Shown here piece after piece: positions 47,219 to 56,160 of a DNA stretch of 64,000 nt (position 1 is its first letter; every line of letters starts with the position of its first letter). The notes under the pieces are model-generated. The model had not been told where the DNA came from, searched no databases, and worked only from the letters and a program-made list of their open reading frames with translations. Origin of the DNA: an uncultured Gammaproteobacteria bacterium (GTDB taxonomy: Bacteria > Patescibacteriota > Patescibacteriia > Magasanikbacterales > UBA922); the NCBI GenBank assembly GCA_964418775.1, contig CAYQNA010000003.1:7307-71306 (forward strand), read 5' to 3'. Made by a program: the position numbers and the translations under genes.

Positions 47219-48127
47219 CTAGACCTTGAGGTAGCGGCGCATGGCCAGGTAACTGGTGCCAACGGTCAAAATCACGACCGCACCCAGCTGCCAGGCAGCG
47301 AGCTCAATTATATGGGCCGACAGGTAATTTGTCAATATTCCCGAACGGTTGAAGACCGCGGTTAAATACGGCTCGGCATAGCGCAAAACCAGGCGTACGA
47401 GCCCATACGAGGCCACAAGCGCGATGAGTGAGAAAAAGACTGACTCGACCACATACGGCCCGCGCACATACCAATTGGTCGCGCCCACGAGCTTTTTGAT
47501 GCTGATTTCCACGCGCTGGGTGTAGATGGCCACGCGCACAGTGTTGAAAATAATGATAAATGAAATCAAGCCAAATAAAACCGTGAGACCAAACGTAAAG
47601 CGCTCGATTTGATTCGTGACTTGCTGGATTTTGCTAATCGCGGCCTGAGTATCGCCAAATGTTTTCGCATCAATGACCTTGTCATATTCGGGGAGCGACA
47701 ACGCACTCATGACTTTGTCATAATCTTGTGGCTCGCGCGTTTTGACAATAAGTGTGGCGCCCAGTGGATTTTCACCTAATTCTTCGAGCGAACTTAAGAT
47801 CGCGGGGTTGGCCTGGTACAATTCACGGAATTTTTCGAGTGTCTCGTCTTTATTCAAAAACGTGGTCTTGGTGACTTCGGGGAAGGCATCAACAAACGCA
47901 CGCACCTCGCTCACCTGCGTGTCGGTAGCAGTTGGTTTAAAATAAATACTCACGTCAATTTGCTGCTTCACAGCTGTGATTGCTTCGCCAGTCAGTACGC
48001 GCACAGCAATCATAGTGTTCACGGAGAGCAGGAGTAAAATCAAAATAAGCACAGTCATGAATGACAGGCTGAAATTTCGGAACATGTCTTGGAGCGCAAA
48101 TCGAACAATGCGGAAAAATGGCAACAT
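47219..48127 (-). CDS. ftsX: Cell division permease FtsX
   Basis: 4 TM, FtsX periplasmic domain, directly downstream of ftsE. Confidence 0.8.
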   Translation of the reverse strand: MLPFFRIVRFALQDMFRNFSLSFMTVLILILLLLSVNTMIAVRVLTGEAITAVKQQIDVSIYFKPTATDTQVSEVRAFVDAFPEVTKTTFLNKDETLEKFRELYQANPAILSSLEELGENPLGATLIVKTREPQDYDKVMSALSLPEYDKVIDAKTFGDTQAAISKIQQVTNQIERFTFGLTVLFGLISFIIIFNTVRVAIYTQRVEISIKKLVGATNWYVRGPYVVESVFFSLIALVASYGLVRLVLRYAEPYLTAVFNRSGILTNYLSAHIIELAAWQLGAVVILTVGTSYLAMRRYLKV

Positions 48128-48129
48128 AA

Positions 48130-48810
48130 TTAGAGTCGATATTTGCCTTTAGCTTCGTCCGACACCACACGCCCACCATGCAGCGTAATCACGCGGCGGT
48201 TCAAGCGATTCACAATGTCGCGATTGTGTGTGACGAGCACAACTGTGGTCCCAAAACTATTGATTTTTTTGAGAATTTCAATAATTTCGTGTGTGTTGAT
48301 CGTGTCCAAATTCCCGGTTGGTTCGTCAGCGACCAAAATTTTGGGGCGGTGCACGAGTGAACGCGCAATGGCCACGCGCTGTTGTTCACCACCAGACAAT
48401 TGGCCGGGATACCGCTCGGCTTTGTTGCCAAGCCCAACAATTTCAAGCACCCGCGGCACAACTTCGCGAATGCGCTTGCCTGGTTCGCCGGCGACTTGCA
48501 GTGCAAACGCAATATTTTCACTCACGGTTTTTTTGCCCAGCAATTTAAAGTCCTGAAAAATCACGCCGATCTGGCGGCGGAGCAGCGGCACATCGCGATA
48601 CGCAATTTTAGTAATATCCCAGCCACCCACTTCAATTTTGCCATGTGACGGGCGCTCCTCGGCAATCAAAACTTTGACGAGTGTGGTCTTGCCCGTGCCA
48701 CTCTGACCCACAATAGACACAAACTCGCCCGGCGCAATTGCGAGCGAAACATTATCGAGGCCAACACTTTTGTGGCCGTAGTGCTTACTGACATTAGTCA
48801 GGTTAATCAT
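48130..48810 (-). CDS. ftsE: Cell division ATPase FtsE
   Basis: Walker A GQSGTGKTT, LSGGEQQR signature. Confidence 0.9.
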   Translation of the reverse strand: MINLTNVSKHYGHKSVGLDNVSLAIAPGEFVSIVGQSGTGKTTLVKVLIAEERPSHGKIEVGGWDITKIAYRDVPLLRRQIGVIFQDFKLLGKKTVSENIAFALQVAGEPGKRIREVVPRVLEIVGLGNKAERYPGQLSGGEQQRVAIARSLVHRPKILVADEPTGNLDTINTHEIIEILKKINSFGTTVVLVTHNRDIVNRLNRRVITLHGGRVVSDEAKGKYRL

Positions 48811-48876
48811 ACGCTAGTGCGTACAGTATAGCACATTTTTTACAAAACAAAAAAGGGCCGATTAAGGCCCTTTATA

Positions 48877-49281
48877 TTATTCTTGTTCCTCGAGCATTTG
48901 CAAAATGCGATTGAGCTTACCATTAATTTCATCGAGCTGTTGTTTGACGTTGCTATCAACCTTATCAGCCCCATATGAACGTTGAGGGCGCTCACTAAAG
49001 CGTGGACGGTCGAAATTCTTTGGACCAAATTTGGCGCCACTGTCTTGCTTACCAAAACAAGTGCTGCACAAAACTGGTTTGCGACCGTTTGGACGGAATG
49101 GCACTTGGCACTCATTGCCACATTGGCCGCAAGTCGCGTCATACATCATGGCCGAGCGAGCAGGACGGTCCCCGCGTTCAGCGCGGTCAGACTTTGGATA
49201 GCGAGGCTTTTTAAAACCCCACTCCGTTGACTTGCTTTTGCCACCACTTTTGCCACGGCCCACTTTGTCAAAATTAATCAT
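48877..49281 (-). CDS. Basic zinc-ribbon protein (C-x2-C-x17-C-x2-C) with C-terminal coiled coil
   Basis: CGQCGNECQVPFRPNGRKPVLCSTCF; Lys/Arg-rich N-terminus. Confidence 0.4.
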   Translation of the reverse strand: MINFDKVGRGKSGGKSKSTEWGFKKPRYPKSDRAERGDRPARSAMMYDATCGQCGNECQVPFRPNGRKPVLCSTCFGKQDSGAKFGPKNFDRPRFSERPQRSYGADKVDSNVKQQLDEINGKLNRILQMLEEQE

Positions 49282-49468
49282 AATTGAGCTAAAAAATAAT
49301 CAGATAAGCCAACACTATAGCCTAGTATACCCTAAAAAGCAAGGGGTAACAAAAAACCGTCCAACCTCCTGCCCTGCTCTTGAAATTCAGAAACAAAGCA
49401 CGGTATTGGACGGTTCTCTGACAACCACCTCACGTGTCGCTCGCCAACTGTTGCAGTCGGGCGAACGA

Positions 49469-49948
49469 TTAGTAGCCCTTGGAGGGCGTGATAACGGCGT
49501 CGTTGACGCGGATGATCCCGCCTTCAAGGATCTCCGCAACAATGCCACCGCGCTCGGTGAACGCCTTCCGGAAGTCACCCTTGCCGGAGAGCTTGCCCGG
49601 AAGCGGGCAGGGGTCGCAGTACTTGATGCCGCGGAACTTTGCCTCTCCGACCTGGAATTCCACGTTAACCAGGTCAATGAGCTCGAAGCGCTCCTCACCC
49701 TCGGCCGCATCAACGATGAGGTTGCGACGACTGTCGGCGTATTCGAACTTCGTTCCCTCGAAGAAGCAGCCTCGGATGAGCGTGACCTGCCGTCGGCCCA
49801 CGTTCCCCTTGTTGAATCTCCCCTTCCCCGTGCAGTACCGGTCCCCCTCGAGGCCCTGGCCAGCGACGGCCCGGACCTCATCAACAAGACGCATCGGTGC
49901 ACCCGCTGCGGGCGCGATGCAGACTGCGATCACTTTTCCCTCAGGCAT
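49469..49948 (-). CDS. MOSC-domain protein (YiiM-like); GC-rich (~62%) compositional outlier
   Basis: GKVIAVCIAP...GLEGDRYC...RRQVTLI...RRNLIV...YCDPC pattern typical of MOSC; overlapping track ORFs on other frames are GC artefacts. Confidence 0.6.
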   Translation of the reverse strand: MPEGKVIAVCIAPAAGAPMRLVDEVRAVAGQGLEGDRYCTGKGRFNKGNVGRRQVTLIRGCFFEGTKFEYADSRRNLIVDAAEGEERFELIDLVNVEFQVGEAKFRGIKYCDPCPLPGKLSGKGDFRKAFTERGGIVAEILEGGIIRVNDAVITPSKGY

Positions 49949-50011
49949 TTTCTCACACCCCGTGAGTGGTTTACAGGGATACTAACGAAACACCGACTCA
50001 AAGTCAATCGC

Positions 50012-50039
50012 TTGACCAACCTCATGGGGCCTGTATACT
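50012..50039 (+). promoter_or_regulatory. Promoter TTGACC-16-TATACT with ATG 7 nt downstream (leaderless mRNA for 50046 gene)
   Basis: Seen in sequence. Confidence 0.45.
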
Positions 50040-50045
50040 AATCGC

Positions 50046-50747
50046 ATGAAACACCAATATTTTGGGGATAAAACGGATTACATTAAACACGGCCTCCTGC
50101 GGGGCTTATGTCGTGCCAACATCCCACTTGGCATTCACTGGACCCTGACGCCTGATGACAAAAGTTCAGATGGTTCACGCACAACATACCTCAAAAATCC
50201 CGATCAATGGCGGCACTACGACCCGCCGTTGTTTGATGTCATCCAAAAAAGTTTACAAAATAACCACCGCAATTTATTAATTTTACAAAAACACGCTCTG
50301 CTAACAGGCGCAAATGAGTGTTTTGATGAATGGACGGCGAATAAAGAATCTCGTCAAAAAAGTTTAACCTCTTTTACAAAGACTTTACCAAAAAATTCAC
50401 TTATATTTTTAGACCCAGATAACGGGCTCGAAACTAAATCAATGAAACCAGGTTCTGAGGCTTGTAGTAAATATGTTTATTTTGATGAGGTTGCGCAACT
50501 CTGGAAACAAGGATTCTCACTAATTCTCTACCAACATTTTCCACGTGTTTCTCGGGAAAAATATCTTAACGAACGCTTCACACAATTAGAAAAATATACG
50601 CCAAAAGCAAATCAATTTGCGCTGATTACTAGTCATGTCGCATTTATTGTTTTAGCCCAACCAAACAAAAAGAAAATCGATTCCACAATAAAAAATCTTG
50701 TGACCCATTGGCATCCCCATGTCACTATTCACTCACCAGTTTCATAG
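50046..50747 (+). CDS. Hypothetical protein with distant RlmJ/DUF519-like features (degenerate catalytic motif DPDN)
   Basis: N-terminal YFGDKTDYIKHGLL resembles RlmJ HAGNHADVLKH; LIFLDPDNGLE resembles LIDPPYE region; weak. Confidence 0.3.
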   Translation: MKHQYFGDKTDYIKHGLLRGLCRANIPLGIHWTLTPDDKSSDGSRTTYLKNPDQWRHYDPPLFDVIQKSLQNNHRNLLILQKHALLTGANECFDEWTANKESRQKSLTSFTKTLPKNSLIFLDPDNGLETKSMKPGSEACSKYVYFDEVAQLWKQGFSLILYQHFPRVSREKYLNERFTQLEKYTPKANQFALITSHVAFIVLAQPNKKKIDSTIKNLVTHWHPHVTIHSPVS

Positions 50748-50749
50748 TG

Positions 50750-50822
50750 CTCCCAGGGCTGGACTCGAACCAGCGATATCCGCGTTAACAGCGCGGTGTT
50801 GTACCAACTCAACTACCCGGGA
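50750..50822 (-). tRNA. tRNA-Asn (anticodon GUU), U1-A72, G73
   Basis: Acceptor TCCCGGG/CCTGGGA, anticodon loop CTGTTAA, T loop TTCGAGT. Confidence 0.85.
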
Positions 50823-50853
50823 ATAAAAAACTCTCCTGTGCGGAGAGTTTTGT
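50823..50853. terminator. Bidirectional terminator AACTCTCC-TGTGC-GGAGAGTT with A/T runs
   Basis: Seen in sequence. Confidence 0.5.
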
Positions 50854-50969
50854 GTGTGCAAAAAATCACCGCTTAGGCAGAGTAATTATTGTTATTATTA
50901 GTGAATGAGTGCTTCATACTTATATACTATATCATGCCTTAAAATTTATGCAACTGGTTTATCCACAAC

Positions 50970-51671
50970 CTACTTCCAGGCTGTGGCTGACGTAATCTTA
51001 ACCGGCAACAAGTCTTGCGAAGATATAAAGTAGAGTTCATTTGTATTAAATTGTCCTTTTTCACTAACAACAACTTTTGAGTCAACAATCTTTACAAATT
51101 TATTGCGCATAATGTCGTATTTTCCGCCAAGATACATGTGTTCCATTTTCTTGAACGCCCGCGTTGCTTTTTGTTCTGCCTCTTTAAGCGATTTAGCAAA
51201 CACAAGATATGCGCGACCCTCTTGCTGCTGAGTACCATAACTTTTCCCTTTTGTTTGATACACAAACAATCCGGTAACCAAATGCCAGTCCGACTCTCGT
51301 TTAGGTAATTTGGTAATTGTAATCTGTTTGCGTCCGCGTATTTTATCAATCTGCACAACACGAATTGCCGCGCGGCTGTTAATCAATCTGTGCAAGTTTG
51401 GACCAGTGATTACCGCTTTAAAGATATCTGGCTCACGATGGTTCTCATCACGCACGAACACATCCTCTAAAGCAAAATTGGCCATTGTTTTTTGCAACGA
51501 ATCTTTGAGAAACTTTTCGGTAAACTTTTTACGCTCCGGTACAGTCAAGGGCACCATTTTTTTAACCGATGGCCACTCTAAGAAAACTGTGACTTCAATT
51601 TTGGTACTTAAACTCTTTAAATCTTTTTCTTTTAGACCGTACAAATCTAACCCCCAGATTGGAATTTGCAT
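50970..51671 (-). CDS. Hypothetical protein, paralog B of tandem pair (unknown family)
   Basis: Aligns along full length with 51685-52383 product (IPIWGLDLYGLKEKDLK...KKMVPLTV.ERKKF...YLVFAKSLKEAEQKA). Confidence 0.4.
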   Translation of the reverse strand: MQIPIWGLDLYGLKEKDLKSLSTKIEVTVFLEWPSVKKMVPLTVPERKKFTEKFLKDSLQKTMANFALEDVFVRDENHREPDIFKAVITGPNLHRLINSRAAIRVVQIDKIRGRKQITITKLPKRESDWHLVTGLFVYQTKGKSYGTQQQEGRAYLVFAKSLKEAEQKATRAFKKMEHMYLGGKYDIMRNKFVKIVDSKVVVSEKGQFNTNELYFISSQDLLPVKITSATAWK

Positions 51672-51684
51672 ATAAAAAAGTAAT

Positions 51685-52383
51685 TTACAACCATGCATTT
51701 TGCGCCGTAATTTTACCCGGCTCGACGATACGGCTCAAAATTATGTTTGACTCTGACTTGTTAATTATTTCATTATCTGTACCTGCATAGCGAGATTCCA
51801 GAAATTCAACAAAGGTATGTTTGACTAATTGATACCTCTGATCAAAGTACACTTTTTCCATTTTTCGAACCGTCTTTTTGGCCCTACGTTCGGCCTCATT
51901 ATACGAATGCGCAAATACCAACAGGACTTTTTCCTGTCGCATATGTACCCCTTTATTTTTGCCCCTTACCCGCTCTTCAAAAAGAGCAATAAAATAAAAC
52001 CAGCTTGTTGGAAAAATTTGTTTGGTTTTAATTGGCTTCATTCCGATAATCCTCTGTACAGCCAATGATTCAACTCCAGTGGCTTGATTCAATATTTGAT
52101 ATAACGTCTGCCCCGAAACTACAATCGTAGCTTTTCTTAAATTAAGAGGCCAACCGTCCTCGCCGTGACGAGCTTCAACGAGCGGAAAGTTTGATACTAA
52201 CTTTTGATATAACGCATTGTAATATTTGTGCGCAAACTTTTTTCGCTCTAACACAGAAAGCGGAAGCATTTTTTTAAGCGGCGGCTCGGCAAACGTAACA
52301 AAAAGAGTAATTTTGTTATCAACATTCTTTAAATCTTTAACTGTAAGACCGTAAACATCCAAAAAGTAGATAGGAATTGACAT
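51685..52383 (-). CDS. Hypothetical protein, paralog A of tandem pair (unknown family)
   Basis: IPIYFLDVYGLTVKDLK...KKMLPLSVLERKKF...VLLVFAHSYNEAERRA; no recognisable catalytic motif. Confidence 0.4.
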   Translation of the reverse strand: MSIPIYFLDVYGLTVKDLKNVDNKITLFVTFAEPPLKKMLPLSVLERKKFAHKYYNALYQKLVSNFPLVEARHGEDGWPLNLRKATIVVSGQTLYQILNQATGVESLAVQRIIGMKPIKTKQIFPTSWFYFIALFEERVRGKNKGVHMRQEKVLLVFAHSYNEAERRAKKTVRKMEKVYFDQRYQLVKHTFVEFLESRYAGTDNEIINKSESNIILSRIVEPGKITAQNAWL

Positions 52384-52400
52384 ATTTGGCTATTAAACCA

Positions 52401-52985
52401 CTAATTTAAACTACCTTCGACGAAACTAACAATTCGCTGGTGCGTATCGTCTTTGGCCCAAGTGCCATTAATCTTTAGAAATTTAGCTTTTGGTCGCGAA
52501 TTCTTTTTGTATGAATTTGCCAGAACCTTGAGCCACGGTGCATTCATCGCCACTTCGTCAACTGCTTCCTGTTTGGTTTTTGTGTGGCGGTCGAGTGACA
52601 AATCAATTGCGTTTTCAAAATAAATAATACCATCCACAAATTTTTGGAAGCGTTTGAACGTTGTTTTAAGGGCCTGATTTTCGGCGATAGAAATTTCTTT
52701 AAAATGGCGACGCACATCGGCCCACACTGGAACATCAAAAATACCGCGGTCAATGAGCAAATAATCAACTTTGTCTTTATGTTTGTAATACGCCTCAACA
52801 ACCGCGGCAAAAAATACGAGTGTGTAAGCGAGGCCTTCAGTTGGTGGAGTGGCCAATGAACTGGCGCGTTCGCGATCAGTTAACACCGCGACTTTGTAAC
52901 CCTGTTTTTGCAAATATTTTTTGAGGAGATTAATTTGCGTTGTCTTGCCTGCTCGGGCCATGCCCAAAAATTCAATAGTTTTCAT
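52401..52985 (-). CDS. P-loop nucleoside/nucleotide kinase-like protein (dNK/Tmk-like)
   Basis: Walker A FLGMARAGKTT; DRERAS and LIDRGIFD segments reminiscent of dNK ERS/LID regions. Confidence 0.5.
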   Translation of the reverse strand: MKTIEFLGMARAGKTTQINLLKKYLQKQGYKVAVLTDRERASSLATPPTEGLAYTLVFFAAVVEAYYKHKDKVDYLLIDRGIFDVPVWADVRRHFKEISIAENQALKTTFKRFQKFVDGIIYFENAIDLSLDRHTKTKQEAVDEVAMNAPWLKVLANSYKKNSRPKAKFLKINGTWAKDDTHQRIVSFVEGSLN

Positions 52986-53111
52986 ACGACACAATCCTAT
53001 CACCAATTGCCCGCTGACGCAAAATTGAAACTATATATAGCTTGTCAATTATGATAACTATATATAGTTCCATTTTTCCATAAAACAAAACTGCCTTAAG
53101 GGCAGTTTATC

Positions 53112-53186
53112 TGAGCCGATGGCCAGGATTGAACTGGCGACCTGTACGTTACGAGTGTACCGCTCTACCAACTGAGCTACATCGGC
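53112..53186 (-). tRNA. tRNA-Thr (anticodon CGU)
   Basis: Acceptor GCCGATG/CATCGGC, D arm GCTCAGTTGGTAGAGC, anticodon loop CTCGTAA, T loop TTCAATC. Confidence 0.85.
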
Positions 53187-53304
53187 CAATAAGCGAGCGA
53201 AATGCTGAGCTGGCTCAAGCATTTCCGAGCGTTTGGACGATGCACGAAGTGCAGCGGCAAACGGTCTAGGCCAAAATTATAATTGGAGAAGATGGTTTTG
53301 TCAA

Positions 53305-53862
53305 TTAACCCTGCACCTGAATTTCGGCCGCACCACCACCATCGCAAATGATGGTGTATGTGCCAGCGGTTGGGGCTTTGGCAATGACATAGTCATAGCC
53401 CAACACCGAGAAGGATTGCTTGCCCATTTTAAAGGTGTGCTTTTCGCTATCGCGATTATCGAGCATGAGCGGCAGGCCGGCCTTAAGGGTCAGACGGCTT
53501 GGGTTGGCCTGGCAGTTAAGGAATTGAAGACGATATTGGTAGGTCCCCAGGGCCTTTTGGTAGGTTTCGGCGCTCTTGACCGTGCGAGGGGCTTCCTGGC
53601 CGCCCACGGCCTTTCTAAGGGCCTCCAAAGGGGTTGTATTAGCATTTGGCACCACCTGGCGCTGTTGTTGGCCGGCTGGCTGTGTACCCGTGGCCTGAGT
53701 GCCCGAAGAGGCCTCCACAGGGGTAGTAGAGGTTAAACTGGTCTCTTGGACCGTCTGGACCGCCAGGTCAGCCTTTTTGGTACAGCCCCAACCAACCAGG
53801 GTTACCAGGGCTAAAACGCTTGCGATACGAAAAACCGGGGATGACATAAGTAGAAACAGCAT
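53305..53862 (-). CDS. Putative lipoprotein (lipobox LVGWGC) with low-complexity linker and C-terminal ~100-aa domain
   Basis: Signal peptide + Cys; moderately GC-rich. Confidence 0.4.
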   Translation of the reverse strand: MLFLLMSSPVFRIASVLALVTLVGWGCTKKADLAVQTVQETSLTSTTPVEASSGTQATGTQPAGQQQRQVVPNANTTPLEALRKAVGGQEAPRTVKSAETYQKALGTYQYRLQFLNCQANPSRLTLKAGLPLMLDNRDSEKHTFKMGKQSFSVLGYDYVIAKAPTAGTYTIICDGGGAAEIQVQG

Positions 53863-53912
53863 ACCACAACTCCCCTTTTGGAGCAAGTCTAAAGCGGTAT
53901 ATTTGGCTTAAT

Positions 53913-54542
53913 TTAGCTAAAACTAGGCTTAATATACTCCAGCAAAGCCGCCACTGTTCGACCCTCACTAATTTCACCTGTTTTACATTTCTCAATAATC
54001 TCGGCAAAACTGAGCCAGGCAGTATCGTGGATGTCCTCGCCTTCATTGTGCTCCAGCGCCGCCTCAAGCGTCGATACATCCTCGGCCACCACGTAATACA
54101 AATCCCACTCAACTGTGGCCCCGTCTTCTTTTTTGCAAAACACGGAAAAATGTTCACTTTGCAAACCAGCTTCTTCGCCCAATTCTTTAGCGGCTGCAGC
54201 CAAAATTATTTCTTCAGGAATTTCCTTGCCGAGATACTGTTTGTATTCAACAAAACTATCCACAACTTTGCCGCCCGGTAAACGCCAATCAGGCACATTG
54301 TTTTTCTCCCACCGCGCTTCTTTTTGGAAAAATATTTTTCCATCACGAACAGCCATAATACGTGTGCCTGGCGCACGCACAAATTTCTCAAACTTTTTTT
54401 CCACATATCCATGACCTTCGTCAACCAAAACCGGAAATTGCACAATTGCACCAATTCTACCCTCGCTTAAAATTGCAGGCTCACCATCGCGAATAATCTT
54501 TGGCTCATCAGGATTGCGCTGTCTTTTAATTGTTGCGTTCAT
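53913..54542 (-). CDS. NUDIX hydrolase
   Basis: Nudix box GGKVVDSFVEYKQYLGKEIPEEIILAAAAKELGEEAGL. Confidence 0.75.
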   Translation of the reverse strand: MNATIKRQRNPDEPKIIRDGEPAILSEGRIGAIVQFPVLVDEGHGYVEKKFEKFVRAPGTRIMAVRDGKIFFQKEARWEKNNVPDWRLPGGKVVDSFVEYKQYLGKEIPEEIILAAAAKELGEEAGLQSEHFSVFCKKEDGATVEWDLYYVVAEDVSTLEAALEHNEGEDIHDTAWLSFAEIIEKCKTGEISEGRTVAALLEYIKPSFS

Positions 54543-54545
54543 AGT

Positions 54546-54618
54546 TGAGCGGGTAAGGAGAATCGAACTCCTGGCTTATCCTTGGGAAGGATACATATTA
54601 CCATTATACTATACCCGC
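54546..54618 (-). tRNA. tRNA-Gly (anticodon CCC)
   Basis: Acceptor GCGGGTA/TACCCGC, anticodon arm TATCC-TTCCCAA-GGATA, T loop TTCGATT. Confidence 0.85.
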
Positions 54619-54648
54619 GCGAGGGGGATTTTAATCTCCCCCGGAATT

Positions 54649-55713
54649 TTATTTTGTAGTTGTTGCGGCAGCTGCCCCAGCACCCATGGCCTCGGCTTTG
54701 AGCTGGGCAAATGGGTCGTGGAGCGAACCAAAAACACGTACATCGGCCTTGCCAATAAGGTTCTTAATATAAGCTGTATACACCGCACTGTCAACTGGGA
54801 CCAAGATGTGACGGGCACGTACTTCGGTCTCGTCTGGCTGACCAGCGGTTTTACTTTTTACAGTGCGGACACCATCAACTTTAATGATGTGGTAACCATA
54901 CTCAGTGCGCACTGGCTCTGGGCTAACTTCGCCAGCTTTGAGTGCAAATGCGGCAGCTTCGAACTCTGGCACCATGGCGCCACGACCAAACCAACCTAGG
55001 TCACCGCCTTTGTCTTTGGTGGCATCAGTCCCAAACTCCTTAGCGAGTTTAGCAAAGTCCTCGCCTTTTTTGGCGCGAGCCACGAGATCGACGGCTTTTT
55101 GTTTGGCCGCATCACCACCATTTTTGGCAATAAAAGACTCGGCTAATTTCTGTTCAAGCAAAACTGAGCGCACCACGTGGTCCATGAATTGATCGAGTTC
55201 GAGGTCGTAATTCTGTTTCAAGAATTCTTCGGCTTTTTCTTCACTACCCTCGAAACGCTGTAAGAAATCAGTGCGTGCTTTATTGAATTCTTCGTCAGGC
55301 AAAATCACATTCTGTTCAGTCGCTGCTTTGGCAATTAATTGATTCACCACCAAACGACTAAGCACGCGGTCGGACTCTTCCTGCTCACTGGCTGGAGCTG
55401 ATTCCTGGCCAGCGTTAGCTTTATAAAAATGATTCATGGAGCGACGGTCACGAATGTAGTCGGAAAAACTAATCCGTTCGCCATTCACACTGGCGGCAGT
55501 CAAACCAAACATACGCGCCGTTGTGGCTGACCAATTGGACATATCACCTTTGTAAACACGTGAAATACTGTAACCCTCGGCCACAGCCGCACCAATCACA
55601 ATGGCGCCCACAGTGCCGAGCACAAGTGGCATCCACACTTTGCGTGCAGGCTTTGGGGCGCTGGTTGGCGCACTGTCAATTACTTCCACCTCTGGCATTT
55701 TTTGTTCATCCAT
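54649..55713 (-). CDS. PpiC-type (parvulin) peptidyl-prolyl isomerase, PrsA/SurA-like, N-terminal TM
   Basis: C-terminal parvulin motif EPVRTEYGYHIIKVDG; N-terminal anchor. Confidence 0.75.
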   Translation of the reverse strand: MDEQKMPEVEVIDSAPTSAPKPARKVWMPLVLGTVGAIVIGAAVAEGYSISRVYKGDMSNWSATTARMFGLTAASVNGERISFSDYIRDRRSMNHFYKANAGQESAPASEQEESDRVLSRLVVNQLIAKAATEQNVILPDEEFNKARTDFLQRFEGSEEKAEEFLKQNYDLELDQFMDHVVRSVLLEQKLAESFIAKNGGDAAKQKAVDLVARAKKGEDFAKLAKEFGTDATKDKGGDLGWFGRGAMVPEFEAAAFALKAGEVSPEPVRTEYGYHIIKVDGVRTVKSKTAGQPDETEVRARHILVPVDSAVYTAYIKNLIGKADVRVFGSLHDPFAQLKAEAMGAGAAAATTTK

Positions 55714-55723
55714 ACAAAATAAA

Positions 55724-56131
55724 TTATTCAGTTATTGGTAAATGATGTACTGTAAAGTAATACCACCAACGCACTGGGTTTGAGGCTTTGGACTCGGGCA
55801 AGGGTCCATTGACTGTAGTACCAGTCGCACGATGTTCTTGGGGAATTACCAGTACGCGTTCGCCGGGCTTTTTTAAATTAAGCTCGGTTCTCCCCCGTTC
55901 TTCGACAAAATCCGGGCTCATGACATAGGACAGGAGCGCCGCTGATTCGATTTTTTTCTTTTGCAGCTGGCTGACCTGGTCTTGCAAAGCGCGGATTTCT
56001 TGGGCCACTTGGTAGTCCTGGTAATAGGCGCGGCCAAGCCCAACAAGGGCTAAAATAAGCAGCGGCACAGTGACCAGCCAAAATAGGCGGGATTGAAAAA
56101 ACCGGCGTACTCGGGGCGTTTCGGCTTTCAT
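55724..56131 (-). CDS. FtsB/DivIC-like septum formation initiator
   Basis: TM helix then coiled coil (EIRALQDQVSQLQKKK). Confidence 0.45.
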   Translation of the reverse strand: MKAETPRVRRFFQSRLFWLVTVPLLILALVGLGRAYYQDYQVAQEIRALQDQVSQLQKKKIESAALLSYVMSPDFVEERGRTELNLKKPGERVLVIPQEHRATGTTVNGPLPESKASNPVRWWYYFTVHHLPITE

Positions 56132-56160
56132 ACGGGGAAATTATACCTTAGGGTCAGAAT

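Noticed and set aside
49387-49985. Three long overlapping ORFs (49387-49902 -, 49479-49985 +, 49232-50041 +) in the MOSC region
   Set aside because: High GC removes stop codons in all frames. Only the 49469-49948 minus-strand frame has recognisable MOSC motifs; the others are Arg/Ser/Pro-rich nonsense.
54514-54999. Plus-strand ORF 54514-54999 (161 aa)
   Set aside because: Overlaps tRNA-Gly on the opposite strand and the 3' end of the PpiC gene; no motifs. Spurious.
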